Origin: a virus | Taxonomy: Duplodnaviria > Heunggongvirae > Uroviricota > Caudoviricetes > Demerecviridae | Reading direction: 5' to 3' (one strand) | Length of the DNA stretch: 30,744 bases | Virus record (IMG/VR): IMGVR_UViG_2595698513_000001 | Location: 1 to 30,744 of that record | Shown here: positions 18,253 through 26,192 of the stretch, one piece after another | How the letters are laid out: each line of letters starts with the position of its first letter | Position numbering within the stretch: the stretch's first letter is position 1 | Program-made: the position numbers and the translations under genes | The notes under the pieces: generated by a model | What the model saw: only the letters and a program-made list of their open reading frames with translations | Databases searched by the model: none | What the model was told of the DNA's origin: nothing

Positions 18253-18497
18253 GCCCATTTTTGAGGAATTGATACTTGTAGGTGTTTTTCAATTAATTCA
18301 GCAGACCCATTAGCTGAGAACCCGTACATAGTACATAGGAATACTCTAATTTGAGCCATCATAGTCTCATAGTCCTCGCCTTCTTCTAGCATTAAGATAT
18401 GTGACTTTTCTTCTGCTAGATCATCCGCTGCTCGTTTAGCTCGTTGGTGGAATGATTGTTGACGTTCTGCGATTGATTTTGGTTTACTATATTTCAT
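18231..18497 (-). CDS. hypothetical protein (88 aa)
   Basis: TAATG coupling with the upstream gene, AAGGA RBS. Confidence 0.7.
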   Translation of the reverse strand: MKYSKPKSIAERQQSFHQRAKRAADDLAEEKSHILMLEEGEDYETMMAQIRVFLCTMYGFSANGSAELIEKHLQVSIPQKWACVSGRM

Positions 18498-18862
18498 TAG
18501 TCTTCCTTTAAAAACTCTACTGGGGTTGCTTCATAGTCTGAGTGCGAGGTGGTTAGGCCATAGCTCATTACTTCAATATTGGTATGTACTAGTGTATCAG
18601 AGTCGGGTTCTACGTATGCATCTATAGAGCGGAAGGACGGTGCTACAAATAAGTCAGTAATATCTACAACTAACTCTCCAGACACAATTAATTTACCGTC
18701 TACTACTTCAGCATCTGTTACTCTGCCTACTACCCTACTTTGGTCATAGTTTACTAAAATAGGTTTTTCTAAGTTTTCGAACTTTTTGATAGATTCTAGT
18801 GTAAAAGCGTTACCATTTCTATCTGGCCGTATAGAGGATGCTACGCATTTAAATTTATTCAT
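18497..18862 (-). CDS. HK97 prohead-protease-fold protein, probably inactive
   Basis: Colinear similarity by eye to the Peptidase_S78 consensus (ASS..DRNGN, PILVNYD, VGRV, KLIVSGEL, PSFR); catalytic His and Ser positions are Tyr and Ala. Confidence 0.55.
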   Translation of the reverse strand: MNKFKCVASSIRPDRNGNAFTLESIKKFENLEKPILVNYDQSRVVGRVTDAEVVDGKLIVSGELVVDITDLFVAPSFRSIDAYVEPDSDTLVHTNIEVMSYGLTTSHSDYEATPVEFLKED

Positions 18863-19095
18863 TAGTTCACCTCTATAACAACATTGTCGAACTCTACGCG
18901 AGCAGTATCAAATGGTACACATTCGGCACGTAGTTCACCACCGTCTACAATAAAATGACCTTTGTCATCTTTTACGTAGCGTTCTATATACTTTTCTGTA
19001 GTATTAAGGTTTATAACACCATAAATTTCTTCATTGTCTATGAAGATTCTTATTGCGCCATTTGTGGCTCCAATAGTAGTGGAATTTACATTCAT
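18862..19095 (-). CDS. hypothetical protein (77 aa)
   Basis: Start reassigned to MNVNST (ATG 19095) after the AGGAG RBS; the track's longer start runs through a terminator. Confidence 0.7.
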   Translation of the reverse strand: MNVNSTTIGATNGAIRIFIDNEEIYGVINLNTTEKYIERYVKDDKGHFIVDGGELRAECVPFDTARVEFDNVVIEVN

Positions 19096-19110
19096 ATTTT
19101 CTCCTAGAAA

Positions 19111-19140
19111 ATAAAAAAGCCGAATCATTTACGACTCGGC
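19111..19140 (-). terminator. intrinsic terminator after the PC4-like gene
   Basis: Minus strand GCCGAGTC-GTAAAT-GATTCGGC followed by TTTTTTATTTT. Confidence 0.75.
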
Positions 19141-19430
19141 TCATAGTTAAGTTTATCTAAAACTTCATGTAACACTTCGCCCTTACTTAGAATCTTAGTT
19201 AACGCCCCGAATAGCGCACTTGTAGTATTTAGATTATAAGGGAAGGTAAATCCTTGTTTAGTTGGCATCCATGAGTCGTCTATGTCTATCACCCACTTTC
19301 GCATACCAAGGTACAGATTTCCTCTAAATTCTGAGACTGTAAGGCGAATCTGTATGTCCTTTTCATAGCTTTCATAGATGACCTCATCTAAGAGGTCATC
19401 ATGTCCATTGTAATTATCGGTTACGTCCAT
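19125..19430 (-). CDS. PC4/p15 (Whirly-like) ssDNA-binding protein
   Basis: IRLTVSEFRGNLYLGMRKW...WMPTKQGFTF matches the PC4 family pattern. Confidence 0.8.
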   Translation of the reverse strand: MDVTDNYNGHDDLLDEVIYESYEKDIQIRLTVSEFRGNLYLGMRKWVIDIDDSWMPTKQGFTFPYNLNTTSALFGALTKILSKGEVLHEVLDKLNYEPSRK

Positions 19431-19734
19431 TGCGTAACTCCGCTGCTAACGGAGACATACGACGAACATCTTTAGCACTTAAAATACGGAACTTATCGTT
19501 AGTCCAACTAAAGACTAAAACGTTATCCTGTTTATTAGCTTGTGCTTGCAATAGCTCTAATGATACATGTGCTGTAACACCTGCTTTACCAGTAGCCTGT
19601 TTTGCTTGGATGTATTTATTGTCGAAATCGCTAGTACCAACTAGGTAAGTTGTACCTTTGCCAGTATTTTTACGGTAATACATATAGAAATCACCGTGTT
19701 TTTCCGCCTGTTCAAGAATATGATTTAATTTCAT
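19414..19734 (-). CDS. conserved T5-like hypothetical protein (106 aa)
   Basis: HGDFYMYYRK...TYLVGTSDFDNKYI...FSWTNDKFR resembles the T5 gene after D3 (from memory). Confidence 0.75.
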   Translation of the reverse strand: MKLNHILEQAEKHGDFYMYYRKNTGKGTTYLVGTSDFDNKYIQAKQATGKAGVTAHVSLELLQAQANKQDNVLVFSWTNDKFRILSAKDVRRMSPLAAELRNGRNR

Positions 19735-19772
19735 AGCAACTATCCTATGTTAATTTAGAAGAGAGGGGACGA

Positions 19773-20183
19773 TTACTCGTCGCCCATAGTACGGATTGCA
19801 CCTGCTAGTGCTTGAGCAGCTTTACCAGTAAGCTTTTCGATAACTTCCATGAGTTCATCGTTTACTTCTGCGCCACCATCTTGAAGTGCTGATACTAGCT
19901 CTGCTTGAGCATCGGCTTTAGACATTTTCTTACCGCCAGTTGATGCTGCTTTAGCTTTTGGAGCTTTAGTTGCTTTTACATAAACTTGGTTGCCTTCTTC
20001 GTCAGTTGCACGTTGTAGAATAGCACGAACAGAGTTAACTGAGAAGCCTAGCTCATCTGCAATGCCTTTACATACTTCTGTAGAGTTTGCAGCTCGGTCT
20101 GCTTCATCATACTCAGCGATACGCTCAAGGTACATTTCAACAGCTTCGTTACGTAGTTCATCAGTCCACTTTGGTGTAGTCAT
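19773..20183 (-). CDS. D3: DNA-binding protein (T5 D3-like)
   Basis: KWTDE...IADELGFSVNSVRAILQR HTH, Lys/Ala linker, KLTGKAA C-terminal motif; strong RBS and promoter. Confidence 0.85.
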   Translation of the reverse strand: MTTPKWTDELRNEAVEMYLERIAEYDEADRAANSTEVCKGIADELGFSVNSVRAILQRATDEEGNQVYVKATKAPKAKAASTGGKKMSKADAQAELVSALQDGGAEVNDELMEVIEKLTGKAAQALAGAIRTMGDE

Positions 20184-20224
20184 AAATATTGTTTCCTTTT
20201 GGTTTTGTTTAACTTTAAGATTAT

Positions 20225-20253
20225 ATTATATATAGTTTTTAGCAGATTAGCAA
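20225..20253 (-). promoter_or_regulatory. sigma70-type promoter for D3
   Basis: TTGCTA-17 bp-TATAAT with an AAAAATTGAA UP element shared with 7231-7259. Confidence 0.85.
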
Positions 20254-20261
20254 TTCAATTT

Positions 20262-21092
20262 TTACTTACTTTTACGTGCTGCTAGTAAGGCTTTGTTTAG
20301 TAGTTCGACACAAGATGTGCCGTTTAAGAACGTACCACGACTAGAGATATTTACACCTAGCAATTCTAGGTGACGTAGAGAACCAATATCCCAGTACATA
20401 ATGTTAACATACTGGTGACGGTCAGGGTCTAGTAGGTACAGTTTGTAAGCTTTACCTTGTTTGCTAGGAATCTCATTAATAACTTCCGCAAGGCATTGGT
20501 ATCCAGGTAGCCAAACTACTTCACCTTTATGGTCAAGAGCACAATGTGGTTCCCACTTACCTGCTTGAGTACGTACATCAATAACATCCGACTGTTTCCA
20601 GCCTTTTTCTGACATGATACGTTTCTTTTGTGCTTCAAACTCAGCTAGAGAAGCGGCCTCAAAACTTACACGCTCACGACAACGGAAGTCAGGGTCTAAA
20701 AGAACACATTCTTCTGGCAACAGTGGAGGATTAAGAATGTTACGCTCACCACGGTCACGAATAAGAGCGCCTGCTAGTTCTAATTTGTGTTTAATGTATG
20801 CTGTAGAACGATAGAAGCGTTTTGATAGTTCATCAAAAGAAGAACCATCAAAGTAATCTTCAATCATATTAACAAGCTCTTGTGGAGTACAAGCCTGTTT
20901 ACGCTTCTCTTTACGCAAACGAGCAGAGGTAGCTTGATTATCTTTCCATTCTTGGATACGTGATTCCATAGTTTTGTTATTACCAACACCTAGAATCTCA
21001 CAAGCACCTTTCTTAGTACCACCATTATCTAACCAAGCAATAGCTTGTTTGAATTGTTCATCAGTAATATCCGCACGTTGACGTCTAGCCAT
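20262..21092 (-). CDS. D2: DNA-binding protein (T5 D2-like)
   Basis: NGGTKKGACEILGV, GSSFDELSKRFYRS, NPPLLP, VWLPGYQC, HLELLGV segments match my recollection of T5 D2. Confidence 0.85.
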   Translation of the reverse strand: MARRQRADITDEQFKQAIAWLDNGGTKKGACEILGVGNNKTMESRIQEWKDNQATSARLRKEKRKQACTPQELVNMIEDYFDGSSFDELSKRFYRSTAYIKHKLELAGALIRDRGERNILNPPLLPEECVLLDPDFRCRERVSFEAASLAEFEAQKKRIMSEKGWKQSDVIDVRTQAGKWEPHCALDHKGEVVWLPGYQCLAEVINEIPSKQGKAYKLYLLDPDRHQYVNIMYWDIGSLRHLELLGVNISSRGTFLNGTSCVELLNKALLAARKSK

Positions 21093-21101
21093 AATTAGCT
21101 C

Positions 21102-21305
21102 CTAATAGTTTGAACGACCACACTGAGAGCAGTATGGGCACGAGTTAGTTATCTTATTCCAGTTAAATAAAGTGAATAAGATATAGAATGGTAAATACAC
21201 GCCAAGAGTTACAATAGTAAGCACTGCGTGAATCCATAAAGATGGTGGTTCGTAGATTACATCATGCTCAGTTTCTTCATAACAGTAGTCACAGAACTTT
21301 ATCAT
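21102..21305 (-). CDS. small membrane protein, CxxC-hydrophobic hairpin-CxxC (LITAF-like)
   Basis: CDYC ... WIHAVLTIVTLGVYLPFYILFTLF ... CSQC. Confidence 0.7.
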   Translation of the reverse strand: MIKFCDYCYEETEHDVIYEPPSLWIHAVLTIVTLGVYLPFYILFTLFNWNKITNSCPYCSQCGRSNY

Positions 21306-21514
21306 ATACCAAACCCATTCTTACCAAATAAATCACCTAAAGGATTTGCTTTTTTATTTTCATACATTTTAGCAAGGAATGACAAGTTCTGCAATTGTTT
21401 TTGTAAATTTTCTTCACATTTACGGCAACGAACAACTGTACCTTTAGCTACTGCGCCATCATTGATAATTATGGCTGCTTTATTACATCCAGCACATAGT
21501 ATTTTACGTGACAT
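21302..21514 (-). CDS. small zinc-finger protein
   Basis: CAGC...CRKC; AAGGAG RBS; ATGA coupling to the next gene. Confidence 0.7.
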   Translation of the reverse strand: MSRKILCAGCNKAAIIINDGAVAKGTVVRCRKCEENLQKQLQNLSFLAKMYENKKANPLGDLFGKNGFGI

Positions 21515-21547
21515 GGTTAATCTCCTTTGTTCTCAATTTCTAAAGTT

Positions 21548-21576
21548 ATTATACGTACTTCCCTGTAACTTTGCAA
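21548..21576 (-). promoter_or_regulatory. sigma70-type promoter
   Basis: TTGCAA-17 bp-TATAAT. Confidence 0.8.
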
Positions 21577-21577
21577 A

Positions 21578-21709
21578 TTAATTTTCAATTTGATGAATCT
21601 CTTGCTCTAAAAAAGACCAATCTAATCCAATATCTCCGTGTTGCGAGTAATTATAGGCAGCAGCACAAAGAATACCTACTATTACGTTGAATATTAATAT
21701 CTTCCACAC
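21578..21709 (-). CDS. small membrane protein (43 aa), absent from the ORF track
   Basis: GTG start with GAGAGG upstream; MWKILIFNVIVGILCAAAYNYSQHGDIGLDWSFLEQEIHQIEN*; fills the gap exactly. Confidence 0.5.
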   Translation of the reverse strand: MWKILIFNVIVGILCAAAYNYSQHGDIGLDWSFLEQEIHQIEN

Positions 21710-22626
21710 GATAATATTACCTCTCGCAATTCTTTATCTGAAAGTTGTAAGACTTCAGTGCCACCGTCACCCTCTAATCGCACCTTGTTATTATAAAACT
21801 TATGTAGTATCTCTGTTTCTAACGTTACTGGTTGTTTTATGTTTCTATATATTAATATATTATACTCTACATTCCACTGTTTGGCACATTTTTTAATTCT
21901 ATTTATGCCTAGATGTGAGGTAGTAACACCTATTTTGTACATATCGGTACCAACTAAGTTCCATAGATATAATATATCATAGGGGTATTTACCACAACTA
22001 GGGCACCCAAAACCTCTAAGATGTAACTTTGGAGTTTGCTTAAATTCTCCGTGCTCTAGGCAAGTTATTCTAACTTTTGTATCTACGTTTTTATACACTA
22101 CATTATCGTAGTTGTATTTATCAGAGAAGATAGTTCTAGCTCTCTGAACAAACCTCTGCTTACCTAACTTTATGTTATTTGCACATTTAGGGCACCCTTG
22201 CCCAGTTAGGTGCATCGCAGGAGTTTGGAGGAAGTCTCCGTGTACTGGACAACTAATATGTACCTTTGTGTTATTATTTTTATATACTACATTATTGTAG
22301 CTATACTTGTCGGCATGTACTTGCACTGCTTTCAGTATAAAGTCTTTTGTTGATAGCCTTTGACTACCCCCACATTTTGGGCAGCCCCGACCAGTACAGT
22401 GTTTAGAGGCTACTTGTGTAAACACCCCATGATCAGGGCATATTATATCCACCCTATTTTTACTATTAGATACGTCTTCAACTAAAGAATAATCGTACCG
22501 ACTGCCGTGTTTTTCTTTTGCTCGTAGTAAAAACCAGGCTAATTTAATCTCTGGGAGTACCGTACATCTTATATTTCCAGACTTTCCTAAATATCCCTGT
22601 TTTTCGAACCACTCTCTAGTATCCAT
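21694..22626 (-). CDS. putative free-standing homing endonuclease: 3 Zn-ribbon repeats (DUF723/CapR-like) + C-terminal GIY-YIG/T5orf172-like domain
   Basis: Three ~63-aa repeats with C-x-x-HG-x-F-x-Q...H...GCPxC; C-terminal ILYLW...YKIGVT...R...E...GGTE. Confidence 0.8.
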   Translation of the reverse strand: MDTREWFEKQGYLGKSGNIRCTVLPEIKLAWFLLRAKEKHGSRYDYSLVEDVSNSKNRVDIICPDHGVFTQVASKHCTGRGCPKCGGSQRLSTKDFILKAVQVHADKYSYNNVVYKNNNTKVHISCPVHGDFLQTPAMHLTGQGCPKCANNIKLGKQRFVQRARTIFSDKYNYDNVVYKNVDTKVRITCLEHGEFKQTPKLHLRGFGCPSCGKYPYDILYLWNLVGTDMYKIGVTTSHLGINRIKKCAKQWNVEYNILIYRNIKQPVTLETEILHKFYNNKVRLEGDGGTEVLQLSDKELREVILSCGRY

Positions 22627-22778
22627 TTTTCCTCCAATTCTTGTGCTAGTCTTTCTGAGATTCTTCTTTCTAGTTTTTTATAATATATCTGAGGTCTGGT
22701 TGTAGTTTTTACAGGTTTAGGGAAGTCTAGTATCCAAGGTCTACGTGCCACTATTGGTGGCACTACTCTACATAACAT
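22587..22778 (-). CDS. small hypothetical protein downstream of the origin-binding protein
   Basis: AGGAG RBS after the obp stop; 63 aa; 40-bp overlap with the endonuclease. Confidence 0.65.
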   Translation of the reverse strand: MLCRVVPPIVARRPWILDFPKPVKTTTRPQIYYKKLERRISERLAQELEEKWILESGSKNRDI

Positions 22779-22790
22779 CTTTACACTCCT

Positions 22791-25580
22791 TTACAGTAAC
22801 AATACGTCTTTATCTCCTAGCATTGACAGCTCAAACTCAGTCATAAACTCAGTAGGAATCTGAATGCCCTCGATTTTACAGTAAGTACGATACCAGCTAA
22901 TAATGTTATCAAACTCACCAGGCTCTTCAATACCCATCATTTTAAAGTATCGTTTAATACGCCAAGGTTCTGTACGAACATCTAGACCCGTGCATTGATA
23001 CCAGTCACTAGGGAACTGTTTCAAATGCTGAACAAAGGGCTCAAAGTTGTGGGTACATGATTTGATAATCTTCCAGAAACGTTTATGTACTTTATGGAAG
23101 AATGCCGCACGGTCATGGGGCTTCTCTTTCAACCAACGTTCCACCATTTCTTCTGTAACATCACCTAGGTCATCCACATCATCGTAATAACGTGTAATAA
23201 ACTGTTTCACTTCCCAAGCATCGTTGTGACGCTGTAACTGGAAACTAGGTGTTGCTGATAGAATCGCGTTCACACGTTCTTCATGGTATTCTGCGTTAGC
23301 TGATTCAATGTTACCCCATTTACTAGGGTCTAGGGAGATTCGACAACCTTGGTCACGTAATAACATACGGAAGGTTGATTTATACTTTGTACATTCTTCT
23401 TCTCGTCGTTTAGCAAAGATTTTACGACAACGTTGTAGCCAGCCAAGTGATTCTTCATACTTATCTGCGCCTGCTTTAAACCCTTCCGTCTGTGGAGCGG
23501 TATAGTAGTATATAGTTTTAGCTCCACGGTCACGTCTAAGTGCCTGGAAGCGCAGGTTTGGGGAGTGGATACCCGAATCACGAGTTATTAGAAAGACAGT
23601 ATCAAAATAGCTAAAGTCCACCCCACTAGTAACAGAGGGGCTGCATAGAAGACCATCGACTCTCTGTTGTTGTAGAGAAGGGTTTCCATACGTGAGAATT
23701 TCTTTGATATCTGCATCTTTGGTAGAGTTTTTGTGGATTTCTTTGATATTAGCAGCAGTTACACTCCGTAAGGCTATACCTTTCTCGTTAAGCTCATCTG
23801 GTGAGCAGTCCGATACTAGTAAGCATTTTTCACCAATCTCTAACGCGCCCTGCATAGCAGCCCAAACAGATGCTTCATCGAACAGTTCGATAGCTTTAGC
23901 GTTAGCTAGCATCTTTCTGTCATGCTGATAAATCATTACTGGTTTTACAGGGTCACATAGCCTAGCATACGCTTCAATAGTTTCCGGTGAAATATCACCA
24001 TCCGACAGTACAACATACTTAGCTTCTTGCAAGATTAGTTTTAGGGTCTTAATACATTTGTCTTTTTCTTTGATAAGATCACTGAATAGAATATCATTCA
24101 TCACAGCATCACACTCATCTATAAAGACCATGCCTAAACCTTTTTGATTGATTGTATCGTAGAAGCGATGCAAAGAGTGGATAGTAGTAGACATACGATT
24201 AATCTTACCATCACGGAACTCGGTGTAATCTTTCAGTTTATTATAACATCCAGACTCAAGTTTCTTAGCGTTACCCTCTACTAGAGATACGGTGTTAGTA
24301 ATAGATAGAAAACGACCATCAAACAACCCACTAGACAACCATGTCTGTACTGTAGTTGTTTTACCTGTACCCAAACTAGCTTTAACAAATGTCAAACTAT
24401 CCTCTGGAGGTAAATGGTTAATTTTCAAAAACCTATCATTTACGTTACTATCTGTTTCAATATCCTTTACAGGCAACATACATGGAGCTGTAGGGTCAGT
24501 TGAAACATTAACATCGCCTTTTACTTTACGTAAACTACGAGATAGAACTATTTTAAGTGCTGCTTCCTTAGCGTTATTGATATAGGCTTCTGGTTCACGT
24601 TTCAAACCATTATACCCTTTGAGGATATTACGAACCTGTTCATCTAGCCAATTAATATCTACACCTTGTTCTACGGCTGCTGCATAAACAGAGATACTGT
24701 GTCGCATGAACACGTTATCCTTTGCCGTTTTTAGGTTTTCAATACGCTTTTCAAAATCTTTACTAGGATAATCATGGAATCCTTCAATATCCATAATATA
24801 TCCGAAGTGTTCTTTCTTCAAGGTATAAGATGCCATACCTTGGTACTCTGGCATAGTTTCTAGTAAATCCACCTTATCCCCGCCGACCAAAACCGCCCTT
24901 TCTTTATCCTTGAAAGGGTCTAATTCAGGATTCTCAAAAACTGGAGCAGCAGTATACATCAAGTGCACTTTATCATAGACAGACGTATCTAAAAGCTCAA
25001 AATCGTGTAATTCCTTACATTTACGGTTAATCTGATAGGCTAACCATTTTAGCTGTGCATTAGATACTGCCCTAGTTGCTTGCATATACATGTGCAAACG
25101 GATGCCAGGCTTAATTCCGGCACTACCACTAGCTTTCGCTATGTAAGCTGCTGTTTTTGGAAACATTTCTGGCTCTAACTCATTCAATAGTTCTACGCAC
25201 CATCGCCCTTGTTCTTCTATGGTCATATTGGCTCTAGGAGCCTCGATACCATCAATATCCATGTGAATTATACGCGAACGAACCGAGCAATTGAACGTCT
25301 CGGCGTTTCGTCGTATATTTCGGATACTAGACACTGGTGTTGCACGTACAAGAGCAATCTCCGGATTTCTTTGATACTCAGAAATTAGCTTATGTACTTG
25401 TTCTAGTGAGTTGGGATTAACTGACTCTATTACGTTAAAGAATTTAGGCATAGCAGGGTCTTTAGATTTACCATCTTTGTCAAAAACTTTTGCTAAACGA
25501 ACTTTCGCATTCGGGTCAGGTTGAATATACTCCAGACCTGAAAAGTAAGGCTTAAATACGCCTTCGATAAACGTTAGCAT
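22791..25580 (-). CDS. obp: replication origin-binding protein: N-terminal AEP-like primase domain + UL9-like SF2 helicase
   Basis: MDIDG (DxD), SGSAG...RLH, LLDTSVY; helicase ASLGTGKTT, IDECD, SDGD, SPSVTSGVDF, QALRRDR. Start set at MLTFIEG (GGGAG RBS). Confidence 0.85.
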   Translation of the reverse strand: MLTFIEGVFKPYFSGLEYIQPDPNAKVRLAKVFDKDGKSKDPAMPKFFNVIESVNPNSLEQVHKLISEYQRNPEIALVRATPVSSIRNIRRNAETFNCSVRSRIIHMDIDGIEAPRANMTIEEQGRWCVELLNELEPEMFPKTAAYIAKASGSAGIKPGIRLHMYMQATRAVSNAQLKWLAYQINRKCKELHDFELLDTSVYDKVHLMYTAAPVFENPELDPFKDKERAVLVGGDKVDLLETMPEYQGMASYTLKKEHFGYIMDIEGFHDYPSKDFEKRIENLKTAKDNVFMRHSISVYAAAVEQGVDINWLDEQVRNILKGYNGLKREPEAYINNAKEAALKIVLSRSLRKVKGDVNVSTDPTAPCMLPVKDIETDSNVNDRFLKINHLPPEDSLTFVKASLGTGKTTTVQTWLSSGLFDGRFLSITNTVSLVEGNAKKLESGCYNKLKDYTEFRDGKINRMSTTIHSLHRFYDTINQKGLGMVFIDECDAVMNDILFSDLIKEKDKCIKTLKLILQEAKYVVLSDGDISPETIEAYARLCDPVKPVMIYQHDRKMLANAKAIELFDEASVWAAMQGALEIGEKCLLVSDCSPDELNEKGIALRSVTAANIKEIHKNSTKDADIKEILTYGNPSLQQQRVDGLLCSPSVTSGVDFSYFDTVFLITRDSGIHSPNLRFQALRRDRGAKTIYYYTAPQTEGFKAGADKYEESLGWLQRCRKIFAKRREEECTKYKSTFRMLLRDQGCRISLDPSKWGNIESANAEYHEERVNAILSATPSFQLQRHNDAWEVKQFITRYYDDVDDLGDVTEEMVERWLKEKPHDRAAFFHKVHKRFWKIIKSCTHNFEPFVQHLKQFPSDWYQCTGLDVRTEPWRIKRYFKMMGIEEPGEFDNIISWYRTYCKIEGIQIPTEFMTEFELSMLGDKDVLLL

Positions 25581-25609
25581 TAAATATCTCCCATGTTGGT
25601 TGAACATTT

Positions 25610-26186
25610 TGTTTATAGTGCTTATTACTTTTACATGCTAATGCCGACAGTAATCCACCTACCCTAACTTATAGCTACGTATCTCAGCGTTTCAACACTA
25701 CGAAGGGCTCAAATGGGACTTATCTATGTGAGTGGCGATTCCCCGCTCCTATGCAGGACACACTGCTAGCCTGGCTCACGGCATCCACCAATCCTTTGAT
25801 GGCGGCAAGTTGTCTATAGCCAGCTCTCCCCTGATTACACCATAGACGCTTAGTTCCAATAATAGTTCACTCTTACGCCGAGCTTTGTAGTTTCATGACT
25901 GTTGCCTACCACAAGAGGATCCTGGGCTAGGTCACTACCTCTACTCCACTGTACAATTTATAACCCTATCTTTGACAGACACTACATTGCCGGTTACTTC
26001 CATTCTCAGGGTACTAGTAAAACTAGCGTTTCATCTTTTAGATTCGGGTGTGTACCTACGTGCTTGAGCGTCACACGCAGTGCGAGTTATGTTTATAGAC
26101 ACTCATAGAATGCCCATAAAGATAACGGGGTAGAGGGCACTACCCCAGGAGAAGCGTAATATGGAAATCGACTCTTTCGAATCAAT
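25610..26186 (-). ncRNA. candidate large structured RNA / 5' leader of obp
   Basis: About 600 nt without a credible ORF between a strong promoter and obp; many stems, several with GNRA loops and with G.U pairs that only work on the minus strand. Confidence 0.5.
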
Positions 26187-26192
26187 ACACAT

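Noticed and set aside
19766-19785. Hairpin over the D3 stop (GACGA-GTAA-TCGTC) as a terminator
   Set aside because: Short stem and no proper U-tract; not supported enough to list.
25972-26000. Possible antisense promoter (TTGACA at 25972) within the leader
   Set aside because: No acceptable -10 at 16-18 bp (TACTTC/TTACTT); too weak to call.
25902-26108. 68-aa plus-strand ORF inside the long non-coding region
   Set aside because: Non-ATG start, no RBS, antisense to the promoter-driven transcript, low-information composition.
25610-26186. Leader region as tRNA cluster, CRISPR array, tmRNA or self-splicing intron
   Set aside because: No T-loop/cloverleaf, no regularly spaced direct repeats, no recognisable group I/II core, and it does not interrupt a gene.
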